64,000 bases of DNA from Gammaproteobacteria bacterium (lineage in GTDB: Bacteria; Pseudomonadota; Gammaproteobacteria; Steroidobacterales; Foliamicaceae). Made by a program: the position numbers and the translations under genes. This document shows, one piece after another, positions 19,729 through 28,871 of the stretch (within the stretch, counting starts at the first letter, position 1; the number at the start of each line of letters is the position of its first letter). The DNA lies in NCBI GenBank assembly GCA_009838035.1, contig VXSK01000002.1, forward strand, positions 415,994-479,993. Reading direction: 5' to 3'. The notes under the pieces are model-generated. The model did no database searches, had not been told where the DNA came from, and was given only the letters and a program-made list of their open reading frames with translations.

Positions 19729-21312
19729 CTAGATGCCGAGGGCGCCGGGATTGATCAGCCCCGAGGGATCCACCTGCCGCTTGACGGAGCGCAGCAACTC
19801 CAGGGCCCCGGGGTCGCGGTCTCTCGCATACGGGTAGGCGCGGCCGATCTGAAGGTGCACCGCGCCATGGCGGTACATGAGCTCGATCAGATCCACGCGC
19901 ATCCGCTCCACAAGCTCCCGGCCCTCGGGGTTCGCCCGGCCCTCGCTCGCGACGCCTTTCATTTCTTCCGGAAGATACCGGCGATGGTAGGAAAGCCACT
20001 CGTCATCCCAGTAAATCACCACCTCCCAGAGGAACCCGGCCCTGGCACTGGTGCTGTACACGACGAATGCCTGCACGCTCTTCTCTTCGCACTCTCCCCG
20101 AATACCCTCTACGTATTGCAGGTACTCTTCATGCAGGCCCACGGCACCCGAAAACGGAACGATCGCATGCAGGGGCAACAGCCGGCGGCCAGTGGGGCTC
20201 ACGATCATCGGGGCCGGAAACGGGGCCGCGCGCGCATACTCGGCCATGGTATTGGCCACTTCAATGCCCCGATCACCGACCGCCCTGCGTATCCGTCGCA
20301 GATTCATGCGCAGTTCCGCCGCGTCCGCCCCTTCGGTCAGGAAGTTCAGCAGGTACTTGGAGGCGTTCAGGAACCGGCGCCCGCCCATGACCACCCGCAG
20401 TCCCTTGCGCAGGGCCTGTACGGGCCCTGAAGCGGCGCGCATGATGGTGAATAAGTTTCGTGCGTCCTGCTTCAGCTCGGCCCGGCCCGCGGCCTGCCGA
20501 ATCAGTTCGGTCTCAGCGCCGAACACCTCGGTGGCGAGGCCGCTGCGGGACACGCGCCGAGTCGCCTCCACGAGTTGGGAAAAATCATCGAACGAGAAAC
20601 TCAGGCCCTCGCCGGCAGCGGGACGCGGCTCCAGCTTGAGCGTCACCGCCGTCTTCACTCCCAGGGCGCCCGCGTCGCCGCAGAAGAGCCCGGTGAGGTC
20701 CGGGCCGTATTCCCGGAAAAAGGAACTGTGCTCCGGCTGCCCTCCGGAACCGGTCACCAGCACGCTGCCGTCACCCAGCACGACTTCCAGCCCCAATGCA
20801 GCCGAAACCGATGGCCCGTGCCTTCCCGAGCCGAAAGTGACCGCCCCCTGCGACATGGCGCCGCCGACGGTCGAAAGCCGGCCGGACATCGGCCCCCAGA
20901 ACACCGACCTCAGCCCGTGTTCGGCTAGTTCCGCATCCACGGCGGACCAGGTGCATCCGGCCTCCACCGTGGCGTACAGATCGTGCGCATTGATCTCGCG
21001 CACCGCGTTGAGGCGGCCGGTGTCCAGGACGATGGATCGCTCGCGATCAGGCAGAAAGGCGTCCGTGTACGACATGCCGCCGCCCCGCACAAACGTCGCC
21101 GTTGCGTGCGCATGGCAGGCCCGCAGCACGGCCTGCACTTCCTGCGTGGAACCGGGGCTGACCACGGCCAGCGGCATCTCGACGCTGCGGTAAACGTCCT
21201 GCGAAGCGAGTTCCCTCGCTTCCTCCGACGTGGCCGCGTGTTCCGGCCCGACCGCCTCGATCAGCGCATCGATCAGCGCCGCGCCGTCGGCGCCCGGGCT
21301 ATCGCGGCGCAT
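19729..21312 (-). CDS. FAD-linked oxidase (PCMH/VAO-type FAD-binding domain)
   Basis: FAD_binding_4-like N-terminal half (VVSPGSTQEVQAVLRACHAH...FVRGGGMSY; ATVEAGCTW; STVGGAMSQG) with a long C-terminal substrate/cap domain. It starts 3 nt after the upstream methyltransferase stop. Confidence 0.8.
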   Translation of the reverse strand: MRRDSPGADGAALIDALIEAVGPEHAATSEEARELASQDVYRSVEMPLAVVSPGSTQEVQAVLRACHAHATATFVRGGGMSYTDAFLPDRERSIVLDTGRLNAVREINAHDLYATVEAGCTWSAVDAELAEHGLRSVFWGPMSGRLSTVGGAMSQGAVTFGSGRHGPSVSAALGLEVVLGDGSVLVTGSGGQPEHSSFFREYGPDLTGLFCGDAGALGVKTAVTLKLEPRPAAGEGLSFSFDDFSQLVEATRRVSRSGLATEVFGAETELIRQAAGRAELKQDARNLFTIMRAASGPVQALRKGLRVVMGGRRFLNASKYLLNFLTEGADAAELRMNLRRIRRAVGDRGIEVANTMAEYARAAPFPAPMIVSPTGRRLLPLHAIVPFSGAVGLHEEYLQYVEGIRGECEEKSVQAFVVYSTSARAGFLWEVVIYWDDEWLSYHRRYLPEEMKGVASEGRANPEGRELVERMRVDLIELMYRHGAVHLQIGRAYPYARDRDPGALELLRSVKRQVDPSGLINPGALGI

Positions 21313-21315
21313 TGC

Positions 21316-22380
21316 TCAGCCGGGCTTGGTGGCCAGCGTATTGAGAAGAAACGTGTTGGTGGTTTCCTTACTGACGTCCTCGAATCCGACCTTATCAAGC
21401 AGGGCCGCGAAATCGAACGCACCGAATGCCTGGGAATACGGCTCGCAGTTGTAGCGCGCGTCGAACACCTTCCACATCCAGTTCGGGGTGGGAAACACAG
21501 TGGAATTGGGCGTATCGATCACCGTGAGTGTGCCGCCCGGGCGCAGCACTCTCAGCATTTCGCGGACGATCGGTTCGAAGGTGTGCTCGGGGACCTCGTG
21601 AAACAGTATGTAGGCAAGCACCGCGTCGAAAGAATCGTCGTCATGTTGCATGTTCTCCGCCAGGGCCTGCTGAAAATGCACGTCCAAGCCCATATCGGTA
21701 GCGCGCATGTGCGCATAGCGAAGCATGGGCAGGGCCACGTCCAGTCCCCAGACCTCCGCCTCGGGGTGCCGCTCCTTCAGCACCGTCGTGCATTGCCCGA
21801 TCGAACAGCCGAGGTCCAGGATTCGCCGGACCTGCCCGTCCGCCGGCAGCCGCATGTCGTCCACGCAGGCTTCGTGAATTTCATCCTTGTCGTTGTCGCC
21901 CTGGTAGAAGACGCGGGTGCCGTGATAGAAGACAAAGCCCGCCAGGTTGTCGCCGCAATAACCGCCAGGCTGCAGGTGGATGTCCTCGCAGGCCGACTCC
22001 GGCACGTGGAAGTCCGGATCGCAGTGCAGGCGACCGGGGTTGCGTTCTTCGGCCTCCGTCAGTCGGCCTTCCCAGAATTCGCGATCGGCCGCGTACGAGT
22101 CCTGCAGCTTCTGCCAGGCAAGCTGCTGTTGGCTGCGCATGACCCGCTTCCAACCGGCAACCGCCGGGCTCCGATCGATTTCCGGCGCAAGCTGTGCGTA
22201 CTGGTCCGAGTCAATCACCGCGGGCATGCCGGCTTGCGCGGCGATGCCGCCAACCTCGCCGGCGATTTCGGGAAACCACGACCGTATCGCGAAGTTGCGG
22301 ACCTCGGTCATGTACTCCATGTGGCTCGCGTCCTCCCTCCTCGGGGGCTGGGGATGCTTGCCGGGGTTTCTTTGTTCCAT
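21316..22380 (-). CDS. Class I SAM-dependent methyltransferase with N-terminal extension (module copy 2)
   Basis: Motif I ILDLGCSIGQC; further blocks VWGLDVALPMLRYAH, DAVLAYILFHEV and LRPGGTL. The extension block is FHVPESACEDIHLQPGGY. ATG 22380 (MEQRNPG) has AGGAAAG upstream. The listed start 22416 is also possible. Confidence 0.85.
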   Translation of the reverse strand: MEQRNPGKHPQPPRREDASHMEYMTEVRNFAIRSWFPEIAGEVGGIAAQAGMPAVIDSDQYAQLAPEIDRSPAVAGWKRVMRSQQQLAWQKLQDSYAADREFWEGRLTEAEERNPGRLHCDPDFHVPESACEDIHLQPGGYCGDNLAGFVFYHGTRVFYQGDNDKDEIHEACVDDMRLPADGQVRRILDLGCSIGQCTTVLKERHPEAEVWGLDVALPMLRYAHMRATDMGLDVHFQQALAENMQHDDDSFDAVLAYILFHEVPEHTFEPIVREMLRVLRPGGTLTVIDTPNSTVFPTPNWMWKVFDARYNCEPYSQAFGAFDFAALLDKVGFEDVSKETTNTFLLNTLATKPG

Positions 22381-22449
22381 ATCAGCTTTCCTGTATTTCA
22401 GTGGCGCCGAATGCACTCAGAGATTAACGCACGTCGGCTGGGGGCGGCG

Positions 22450-22767
22450 CTAGCCGTCGGCGCGCATGGTGCGAAGCGGGTCGAGCAAACGACTCACCAG
22501 GGCAGCCAACTCCTCCTGCCGGCCCTGCGTATCGGACTCGGAATGGGCTTCGATTTCCTCGGGCGCAACCAGGCCCTTGGAATGCAGCAGCGACTCCAGC
22601 GCACGGCGCCGGTCCCGCTCGATCCAGAGCTCGCCGCCCAGGACGATCACCGCTTCCAGCAGGCGGTCCATCACCGGATGAGGAAGAAAGTGCGGCTCCT
22701 CGCCGGGGCCCGGCAGACCGGCGCGCTCCACCTGCGCCCGGGACAGTTCGTCGTGTTTCGAATTCAT
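22450..22767 (-). CDS. Small helical partner protein (module copy 2), unknown family
   Basis: 105 aa counted from Met50 of the listed ORF, preceded by GGGGAGG. The core GELWIERDRRRALESLLHSKGLVAPEEIEAHSESDT aligns with copies 1 and 3. In this copy it lies upstream of the methyltransferase. Confidence 0.65.
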   Translation of the reverse strand: MNSKHDELSRAQVERAGLPGPGEEPHFLPHPVMDRLLEAVIVLGGELWIERDRRRALESLLHSKGLVAPEEIEAHSESDTQGRQEELAALVSRLLDPLRTMRADG

Positions 22768-22804
22768 TGTCGACCTCCCCTGCCTCACCTGCCAAAGGGT
22801 GAGG

Positions 22805-23734
22805 TCAGCCCGCCTTCTGCGCCGCCATCGCGCGCTTGAACGCTTCGTACTCGTTGATGTCGGTGCGCCGATCACGGCTCCAGGCGGTCGCAAAACCCGT
22901 GGGGAAATCGCCATCGCCGTCCCGGTAGCCGTCTTCCGACCACAAGACGGGAAACAGCGGTCCCCCGGGCGGCTCCCCTTCGATCATCTCGTCGAAACTG
23001 ACACCTGCCAGGTTCACGCAGTCCGGCCTTGGATGCCAGCGAATATCGTCGCCGAAGACTCGAATGGACAACGCGATCCGCCAGTCGTCCGCGTTGTTGC
23101 CGTGCGAGTAGTGCAGCGTCCACGGATGCACGATCAGGATATCGCCGGGTTCCATCGCCCATTTCAGAAAGTGGTTGGCGGGATCGGCGCGGAGTTTTTC
23201 TCCATCCGGATGCGGCACGCGGTCGTCCGGCCTCTCCATCTGGCGCGCATTGGGCGAGAACAGCCAGTAGCGCACGTCCTGGCTCTGCGAACCGGCAATG
23301 CACTCCAGCGAATTCTCTTCGGCGATCCGCGTCAGAGGCACCCATATCGAAGGCACCATCTTGCCGACCGTGGGCCAGCCCATCCGGTCACAGTGCCATA
23401 TCGTGGTCTTGCTGGAGCGCGGAGGCTTGACGAAAAACTCGTCAAAGAAAAAGCGCACCATGCTCGACCTCATGACCCGGGCCGCCGCTTCGGCCACCGG
23501 CGATTCGAACACGAACTTGCGGAATTCCGGCACCTTGCGCGACATGTAGCGACCGGGATACGTCGGCAGCAGTCCGACATCCTCGTTGTCTACGGCGATC
23601 CGCCTGGCAGCCGGAATCAGCGAATCGATCCAGCGCCGATCCAGTATGCCCCGCAGACATACGACTCCGTCGCGTTCGTAGATTTCTATTTCTTCACGGG
23701 TAATGGGCCGGCACGGTTCGGGCAGTGTGGTCAT
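22805..23734 (-). CDS. Phytanoyl-CoA dioxygenase (PhyH) family Fe(II)/2-oxoglutarate dioxygenase
   Basis: ITREEIEIYERDGVVCLRG at the N-terminus, an H-x-D in TTIWHCDRMGW and a distal His in ILIVHPWTLHYSHGN. Confidence 0.8.
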   Translation of the reverse strand: MTTLPEPCRPITREEIEIYERDGVVCLRGILDRRWIDSLIPAARRIAVDNEDVGLLPTYPGRYMSRKVPEFRKFVFESPVAEAAARVMRSSMVRFFFDEFFVKPPRSSKTTIWHCDRMGWPTVGKMVPSIWVPLTRIAEENSLECIAGSQSQDVRYWLFSPNARQMERPDDRVPHPDGEKLRADPANHFLKWAMEPGDILIVHPWTLHYSHGNNADDWRIALSIRVFGDDIRWHPRPDCVNLAGVSFDEMIEGEPPGGPLFPVLWSEDGYRDGDGDFPTGFATAWSRDRRTDINEYEAFKRAMAAQKAG

Positions 23735-23897
23735 GGTCGGTCAGGCCGTCGCAGGGTACCCGGCAAATGTACACGAGACCGGCCCCATACCGCCAATAGA
23801 AAACGCGTTGCCCTGCCATAAACGCGGTGAATGGCGACTTTACGGTGTCAGCCGCGCTGCATAGAATCAACGTTCCTTTGCATCGGGGGATGCCGCC

Positions 23898-25379
23898 ATG
23901 GGAATCTCGACCAATCCGGCCGAGCGGCTGAGCCGCCCGCAACCGCACTTCATCAACGGCGAACGCGTCGCGAGCGGGAGCTTGCGGGACGTTCTGGATC
24001 CAGCCACCGGAAGCCCGATCTCGCAATTGCATCTGGGCGGACAGAGTGAAGTCGATGCGGCGGTAGCGGCAGCCCGGGCGGCGCTGCCGGCCTGGGCCGC
24101 GGTAGCGCCGGACCAGCGTGCAAGACTCATTCTCAGGTTCGCGGAGCTGATGGAGGCCAATGCGAAGGACATTACTGAGTTGTCGATCCTGGACGGTGGA
24201 CTGCCGCGCATGATCGCCGAGGGATCGGCGCCGTTCGCGTCCCTGTTCCTGCGCTACTACGCGGGGTGGACGAACAAGATCACCGGCAAGACCATGCCGT
24301 CTTCGGCCATGGGCAAGTCCCCGACCGACCTGCTTGCCTATACCCTGCGGGAACCGATCGGCGTTGTGGGCGCGATCACGCCCTGGAACTATCCGTACGG
24401 CATGGAAATGCTCAAGATCGCGCCGGTGCTGGCGGCCGGCTGCACGCTGGTGCTCAAGCCCGCGGAAGACGCTCCCATCGCGGGCTTGCTGATGGCGGAG
24501 ATTGCGCAGGAAGCCGGCTTCCCGGACGGTGTTTTCAACGTCGTGAACGGACTCGGTGAAGAGGCCGGCGCCGCGCTGACCGCGCACGACGACGTGGACA
24601 AGATCGCCTTCACCGGTTCGACCGAGGTCGGACGGATCATCGTCAAGGCCGCGGCGGGCAATCTGAAGAAAGTTTCGCTGGAGCTGGGCGGCAAGTCCCC
24701 GGTGTTCGTATTTCCGGATGCGGACCTGGCGACCACGGTGCCCGGCGTGGCCATGGCCGGTTTTCTGCTGTCCGGCCAGAACTGCGTGTGCGGCAGCCGC
24801 CTGTTCGTGCACGAAAAGATCGCAGACGACCTGGCGGCGGGAATCGCCGGATTCGCCGGCAGCATGCAGATCGGACCCGGCTCGGACCCGGCCAACATGA
24901 TCGGTCCGTTGATAACCGAGCGGCAGTGCGAGCGGGTCGAGGGAATGATTGCCCGTGCGGAAAAGGAAGGCGCGCGGCGCGTCACCGGCGGCAATCGCGT
25001 GGACCGCGACGGCTGGTTCATCGAGCCGACGCTGTTTACGGACTGCGAACCGGGTATGCAAATCGTTCGCGAAGAGGTGTTCGGCCCGGTGATTTCGATG
25101 CAGACCTTCTCGGACGACGAGGACTTCGAGTCGCTGGCGGCGCGCGGCAATGACACGACCTACGGGCTGTCCGGCAGCGTCTGGACGCGCGACCTTGAAA
25201 CGGCGATGCGCATGACCCGGCTGATCGACGCCGGACAGGTCGGTGTGAATTGCCACGCGGCGATGGATCCCACGATGCCGTTTGGAGGCAACAAGCAGTC
25301 CGGCTGGGGGCGCGAGTTCGGCGAAGCGGCCCTGGACCTCTACACCAAGACCAAGGCGGTCACGCTGTCCTGGTCATAG
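23898..25379 (+). CDS. NAD(P)-dependent aldehyde dehydrogenase
   Basis: 493 aa with ALDH blocks: GVVGAITPWNYP, FTGSTEVGRII, catalytic-Glu block LELGGKSP, catalytic-Cys region GQNCVCGSR, and EEVFGPV. Confidence 0.9.
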   Translation: MGISTNPAERLSRPQPHFINGERVASGSLRDVLDPATGSPISQLHLGGQSEVDAAVAAARAALPAWAAVAPDQRARLILRFAELMEANAKDITELSILDGGLPRMIAEGSAPFASLFLRYYAGWTNKITGKTMPSSAMGKSPTDLLAYTLREPIGVVGAITPWNYPYGMEMLKIAPVLAAGCTLVLKPAEDAPIAGLLMAEIAQEAGFPDGVFNVVNGLGEEAGAALTAHDDVDKIAFTGSTEVGRIIVKAAAGNLKKVSLELGGKSPVFVFPDADLATTVPGVAMAGFLLSGQNCVCGSRLFVHEKIADDLAAGIAGFAGSMQIGPGSDPANMIGPLITERQCERVEGMIARAEKEGARRVTGGNRVDRDGWFIEPTLFTDCEPGMQIVREEVFGPVISMQTFSDDEDFESLAARGNDTTYGLSGSVWTRDLETAMRMTRLIDAGQVGVNCHAAMDPTMPFGGNKQSGWGREFGEAALDLYTKTKAVTLSWS

Positions 25380-25422
25380 ACCGCTACCCCGGGAGCGAGG
25401 GCGTGCCGCCCTCGTAGTATTC

Positions 25423-26220
25423 GTGCCCCTGATTTCCGCAGGCGACGCTGAGCTTTTCGTCGAGGAGCATGGCGAGGGGGAGGTCCTGCTGCTGGTCGCT
25501 GGGCTGGGCGGATCGGGAGTGTTCTGGCGCAAGCAGGTCGAGTATTTCTCGCCGTGCTACCGCGTCGTGACCTACGACCATCGCGGCGTGGGGCGCAGCC
25601 CGGAGGCGCCGCTGCACAGCAGCGTCAGCGAGATGGCGGATGACGCACTGGCGCTGATGGACGCGCTTGGAATCGAAGCGGCGCATATCGTCGGTCACTC
25701 GACCGGAGGCGCCATCGGACAGCACCTTGCGCTGAGAGCGCCGGCCCGGGTCCGATCGCTCGTCCTCAGCTCAAGCTGGGCCGGGCCTACGCCGCTGTTC
25801 GTCGAACTGTTCCAGCTCCGGCGCAAGATCCTGCTGGACGCCGGCGCCGAGAGTTACCTTTTCTCGGGGACCCTGCTGGTCACTCCGGCGTGGGCGATCG
25901 AGGACTCCTATCCGGGCAGGGACAGGATCGTCGCGGACCGCCTCAAGGTGTTTCCGGGGGTCGAGGCGGAACTGGGGCGGCTGAATGCCGTCATGACGCA
26001 TGACCTGAGAGAGGAAATCCACGGAATCCGCGTCCCGACCGGTGTCATATCGGCGAAAGACGATGTGCTCACGCCCCCCGGCATGGCGCGGGAACTGGCC
26101 GAGCGGATTCCCGGCGCGCGCCGGGTAATGCTGCCGGAGGGCGGGCACTTCTGCACGGTGACCGTCGCCGACCGCTATAACGGCGAATTGTCCCGCCTGC
26201 TGCGGGAAATCAACTCCTGA
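25423..26220 (+). CDS. Alpha/beta-fold hydrolase (RutD-like)
   Basis: LLLVAGLGGSGVFWRKQVEYFSPCYRVVTYDHRGVGRS and the nucleophile elbow VGHSTGG. GTG 25423 is in frame; the listed start 25282 overlaps the ALDH gene. Confidence 0.8.
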   Translation: MPLISAGDAELFVEEHGEGEVLLLVAGLGGSGVFWRKQVEYFSPCYRVVTYDHRGVGRSPEAPLHSSVSEMADDALALMDALGIEAAHIVGHSTGGAIGQHLALRAPARVRSLVLSSSWAGPTPLFVELFQLRRKILLDAGAESYLFSGTLLVTPAWAIEDSYPGRDRIVADRLKVFPGVEAELGRLNAVMTHDLREEIHGIRVPTGVISAKDDVLTPPGMARELAERIPGARRVMLPEGGHFCTVTVADRYNGELSRLLREINS

Positions 26221-26236
26221 GACCGCGGACGGAACT

Positions 26237-27526
26237 CTAATCCAATACCGCTCCGTACAAGGATGTGCGCAGGGCCATCTCCAGGTCGTCCTGGCCAGGG
26301 CCAAGGTACTGGGTAAGCGCCACCGCAACGATGGCGTTTTCCGGATCGACAAGATACGTGGTGTTGGCGAGACCGTCCCATTTGAATTCGCCCTGACCGC
26401 CGGCGATGGCGTGACCGCCCCCTTCGGCGCGCACGCCGATGCTCAGGCCCCAGCCATAGCCGTTGAGCCGGGTCCACGGATCGTTGTCGGCAAAGCGTCC
26501 CTGGGCGTACCAGTTGAGCGGGCCCTGGTCCGGGGTGAGGTGGTTGCGGGTCATCAACGCGACGGAGTCGGTCTTGAGCAGGCGCTTGCCGTCGAGCTTG
26601 CCCCCGTTCAGCAGCATTTGCGCCACGCGGAGGTAGTCCATGGCCGTCCCGGCGAGACCGCCGCCGCCCGAGAACATGGTTTCACCGTCGCGGAAGGAAT
26701 TGATGTTGGGCACGCGTGCCGTGGCGTTGACCAATCCGCCGTCTTCGCCGGGAGCGTAAACCTCGGCCATGCGGTGCCAATCGTCGTCGGGCACCGTGAA
26801 ACCCATGTCCTTAAGATCGAGGGGATCGAACACCCGTTCCTGCAGAAATTCGTCATAGGGCCGGCCCGACCAGATCTCCACCAATCGCCCGAGCACGTCG
26901 CTGGAAAAACCGTAGTACCAGCGGGCGCCCGGCTGAAAAAGCAGCGGACGGGTGGCGAGATAATCCACGCCCTCCTTAATGGTCAAACCGGGCCACAACG
27001 TTTTCTCGAACGTCACCTCGAGAGAGGGATCGTAATCGAAGGGATAACCGAGACCGGACGTATAGGTCAGCAGGTGATAAATGGTCAGCGGCGTGGCCTG
27101 AGGTTCGGTCTCCGTGCCTTTGCGGTCTTTCAGCACCGGCGTGTCGGCGAAGGCCGGGATGTACTTCGAAACCGGATCGTCGAGCTTGAACCGGCCCTCT
27201 TCGTAGTTGATCATCACGGCGACCGTAGTGATGGTGCGCGTCATGGAGTAATAGCGAAACAGGGAGTCCGTCTCCATGGGCAGGCCTTCTTCCCTGTTGC
27301 GGAACCCTGCCGCCTTGAGGGCGACCAGTTTGCCGTCCTTGGCCACTGCCCACACCACGCCGGCACGCCGGTCAGTCTCCACCAGCGCGGTCATGGCCTT
27401 CTCAAGGTGCTCCAGGGCCAGGGGAGACAGACCCACGTCCTGCGGGTCCGCCGGCTCCATCGCCACGGAAACGCCTGTCGCAGCAAGAGCGCAGACAAGC
27501 GTGAGAAGTGTCAGCAGGCGTTTCAT
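26237..27526 (-). CDS. Secreted serine-hydrolase/beta-lactamase-fold (PF00144-like) protein, paralogue A
   Basis: Signal peptide MKRLLTLLTLVCALAATGVSVA, then EstB/AmpC-like blocks (FRYYSMTRTIT, LLTYTSGLGYP, FKWDGLANTTYLVDP). Note S-x-x-R where S-x-x-K is expected. Confidence 0.75.
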   Translation of the reverse strand: MKRLLTLLTLVCALAATGVSVAMEPADPQDVGLSPLALEHLEKAMTALVETDRRAGVVWAVAKDGKLVALKAAGFRNREEGLPMETDSLFRYYSMTRTITTVAVMINYEEGRFKLDDPVSKYIPAFADTPVLKDRKGTETEPQATPLTIYHLLTYTSGLGYPFDYDPSLEVTFEKTLWPGLTIKEGVDYLATRPLLFQPGARWYYGFSSDVLGRLVEIWSGRPYDEFLQERVFDPLDLKDMGFTVPDDDWHRMAEVYAPGEDGGLVNATARVPNINSFRDGETMFSGGGGLAGTAMDYLRVAQMLLNGGKLDGKRLLKTDSVALMTRNHLTPDQGPLNWYAQGRFADNDPWTRLNGYGWGLSIGVRAEGGGHAIAGGQGEFKWDGLANTTYLVDPENAIVAVALTQYLGPGQDDLEMALRTSLYGAVLD

Positions 27527-27545
27527 GATCCGCTCCGTAACGAAC

Positions 27546-28829
27546 TTAATCCGCGAGCGCACCGTAAACCCCTTCGCGCAGGCGGAAGACCAGCTCGGCG
27601 GAGTCGGGCCCCAGATATTGCGTCATGGCCACGGCGACGATGTTCTCGACCGGATCGAAGAAAAAGGTGGTGTTGGCCAAACCGCCCCAGACCAGGTCCC
27701 CCGGCGAGCCGGGCACTGTGTGTACGCCGTCGGCCAGACGCACGCCGATGGCCAGGCCCCAACCGTATCCGGCAAAGGGTTTGGGCGGGACAAAACCGTC
27801 GCCAAAGGACACCGTCCCCTGGGTCGGTCCCAGGGCATTGGCGCCCATTTCCGCCACGGTCCCGGCCTTGAGAATGCGTGCCCCGTCCAGTTCGCCGCCG
27901 TTCAGGATCATCTGACCGAAACGGAGATAGTCGGGCACCGTCGAAACGAGGCCGCCGCCGGCGGAGAAAAAGATGCCCGGTTCCGTATAGGAACCGGAGG
28001 GCGGGGCGTCGCGGCGCACCAGGGCGCCGGAGTCGTCGGGCCCGTACACGATGGCCAGTCGGTCGTTGGACCCGCGGCGAACCCAGTACCCCGTGTCCTT
28101 CAGGCCCAGGGGTGTGAACAAACGGCGGTCAAGGAAATCGCTGAGGTCTGTTCCCGACACCTCTTCCGCCAGGGCCCCGAGCACATCGGAATGAAAGCCG
28201 TAAATCCATTTCTCGCCCGGCTGGGCCAGCAGCGGATAAGTGGACAACTTGTCGACCATGTCCTCCAGCGTGTGCTCGAGCGACAGAATCTCCCGCTGTT
28301 CAATGCCGACGCCGGCGGGCCAGCTGACGGCATAGCCAAGGCCGGCGGTGTAATTGAACAGGTGCCGGATGGTCATGGGCGGGTCCTGCGGCACGGTGCG
28401 CACGACCTGGTCGCGGCGCAGTTCCGCAATCACCGGCATGGCGGCGATCTCCGGCAGGTAATTGGCAACGGGGTCGTCCAGACCCATCGACCCGTCGTCC
28501 ACCAGCGTGAGGATGGCGGCGCCCGTGACCGCCCGGCTTTGGGAATAGATCCGGAACACGGTGTCCGCCTCCATCGGAAGGCCTGCTTCGCGGTCGCGGT
28601 GTCCGTACGCTTCCAGTTGCACGAGCTTGCCGTGCCTGGCCACGCCCCACACGACGCCGGCACGGCGACCTTCGTCCACCAGAGCGCGCATGGACGCCGC
28701 CAGCGCGTCCATGCCCGATTCCTTCATCCCCACATCGGCGGGTTGGGCGCGCGGCAGAGGGTCCTGCGCAAAGGCGGTCGCCGCTCCAAGCACGCTGGCC
28801 AGGGCGGCGCAGAAGATCACGCGTTTCAT
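27546..28829 (-). CDS. Secreted serine-hydrolase/beta-lactamase-fold (PF00144-like) protein, paralogue B
   Basis: Signal peptide MKRVIFCAALASVLGAATAFA, then blocks FRIYSQSRAVT, LFNYTAGLGYA and LVWGGLANTTFFFDP. It is a tandem paralogue of the downstream gene. Confidence 0.75.
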   Translation of the reverse strand: MKRVIFCAALASVLGAATAFAQDPLPRAQPADVGMKESGMDALAASMRALVDEGRRAGVVWGVARHGKLVQLEAYGHRDREAGLPMEADTVFRIYSQSRAVTGAAILTLVDDGSMGLDDPVANYLPEIAAMPVIAELRRDQVVRTVPQDPPMTIRHLFNYTAGLGYAVSWPAGVGIEQREILSLEHTLEDMVDKLSTYPLLAQPGEKWIYGFHSDVLGALAEEVSGTDLSDFLDRRLFTPLGLKDTGYWVRRGSNDRLAIVYGPDDSGALVRRDAPPSGSYTEPGIFFSAGGGLVSTVPDYLRFGQMILNGGELDGARILKAGTVAEMGANALGPTQGTVSFGDGFVPPKPFAGYGWGLAIGVRLADGVHTVPGSPGDLVWGGLANTTFFFDPVENIVAVAMTQYLGPDSAELVFRLREGVYGALAD

Positions 28830-28871
28830 GGTTTTGATCCTTGAGGTTTCTTTCTCGTGCAATATCCGGCG

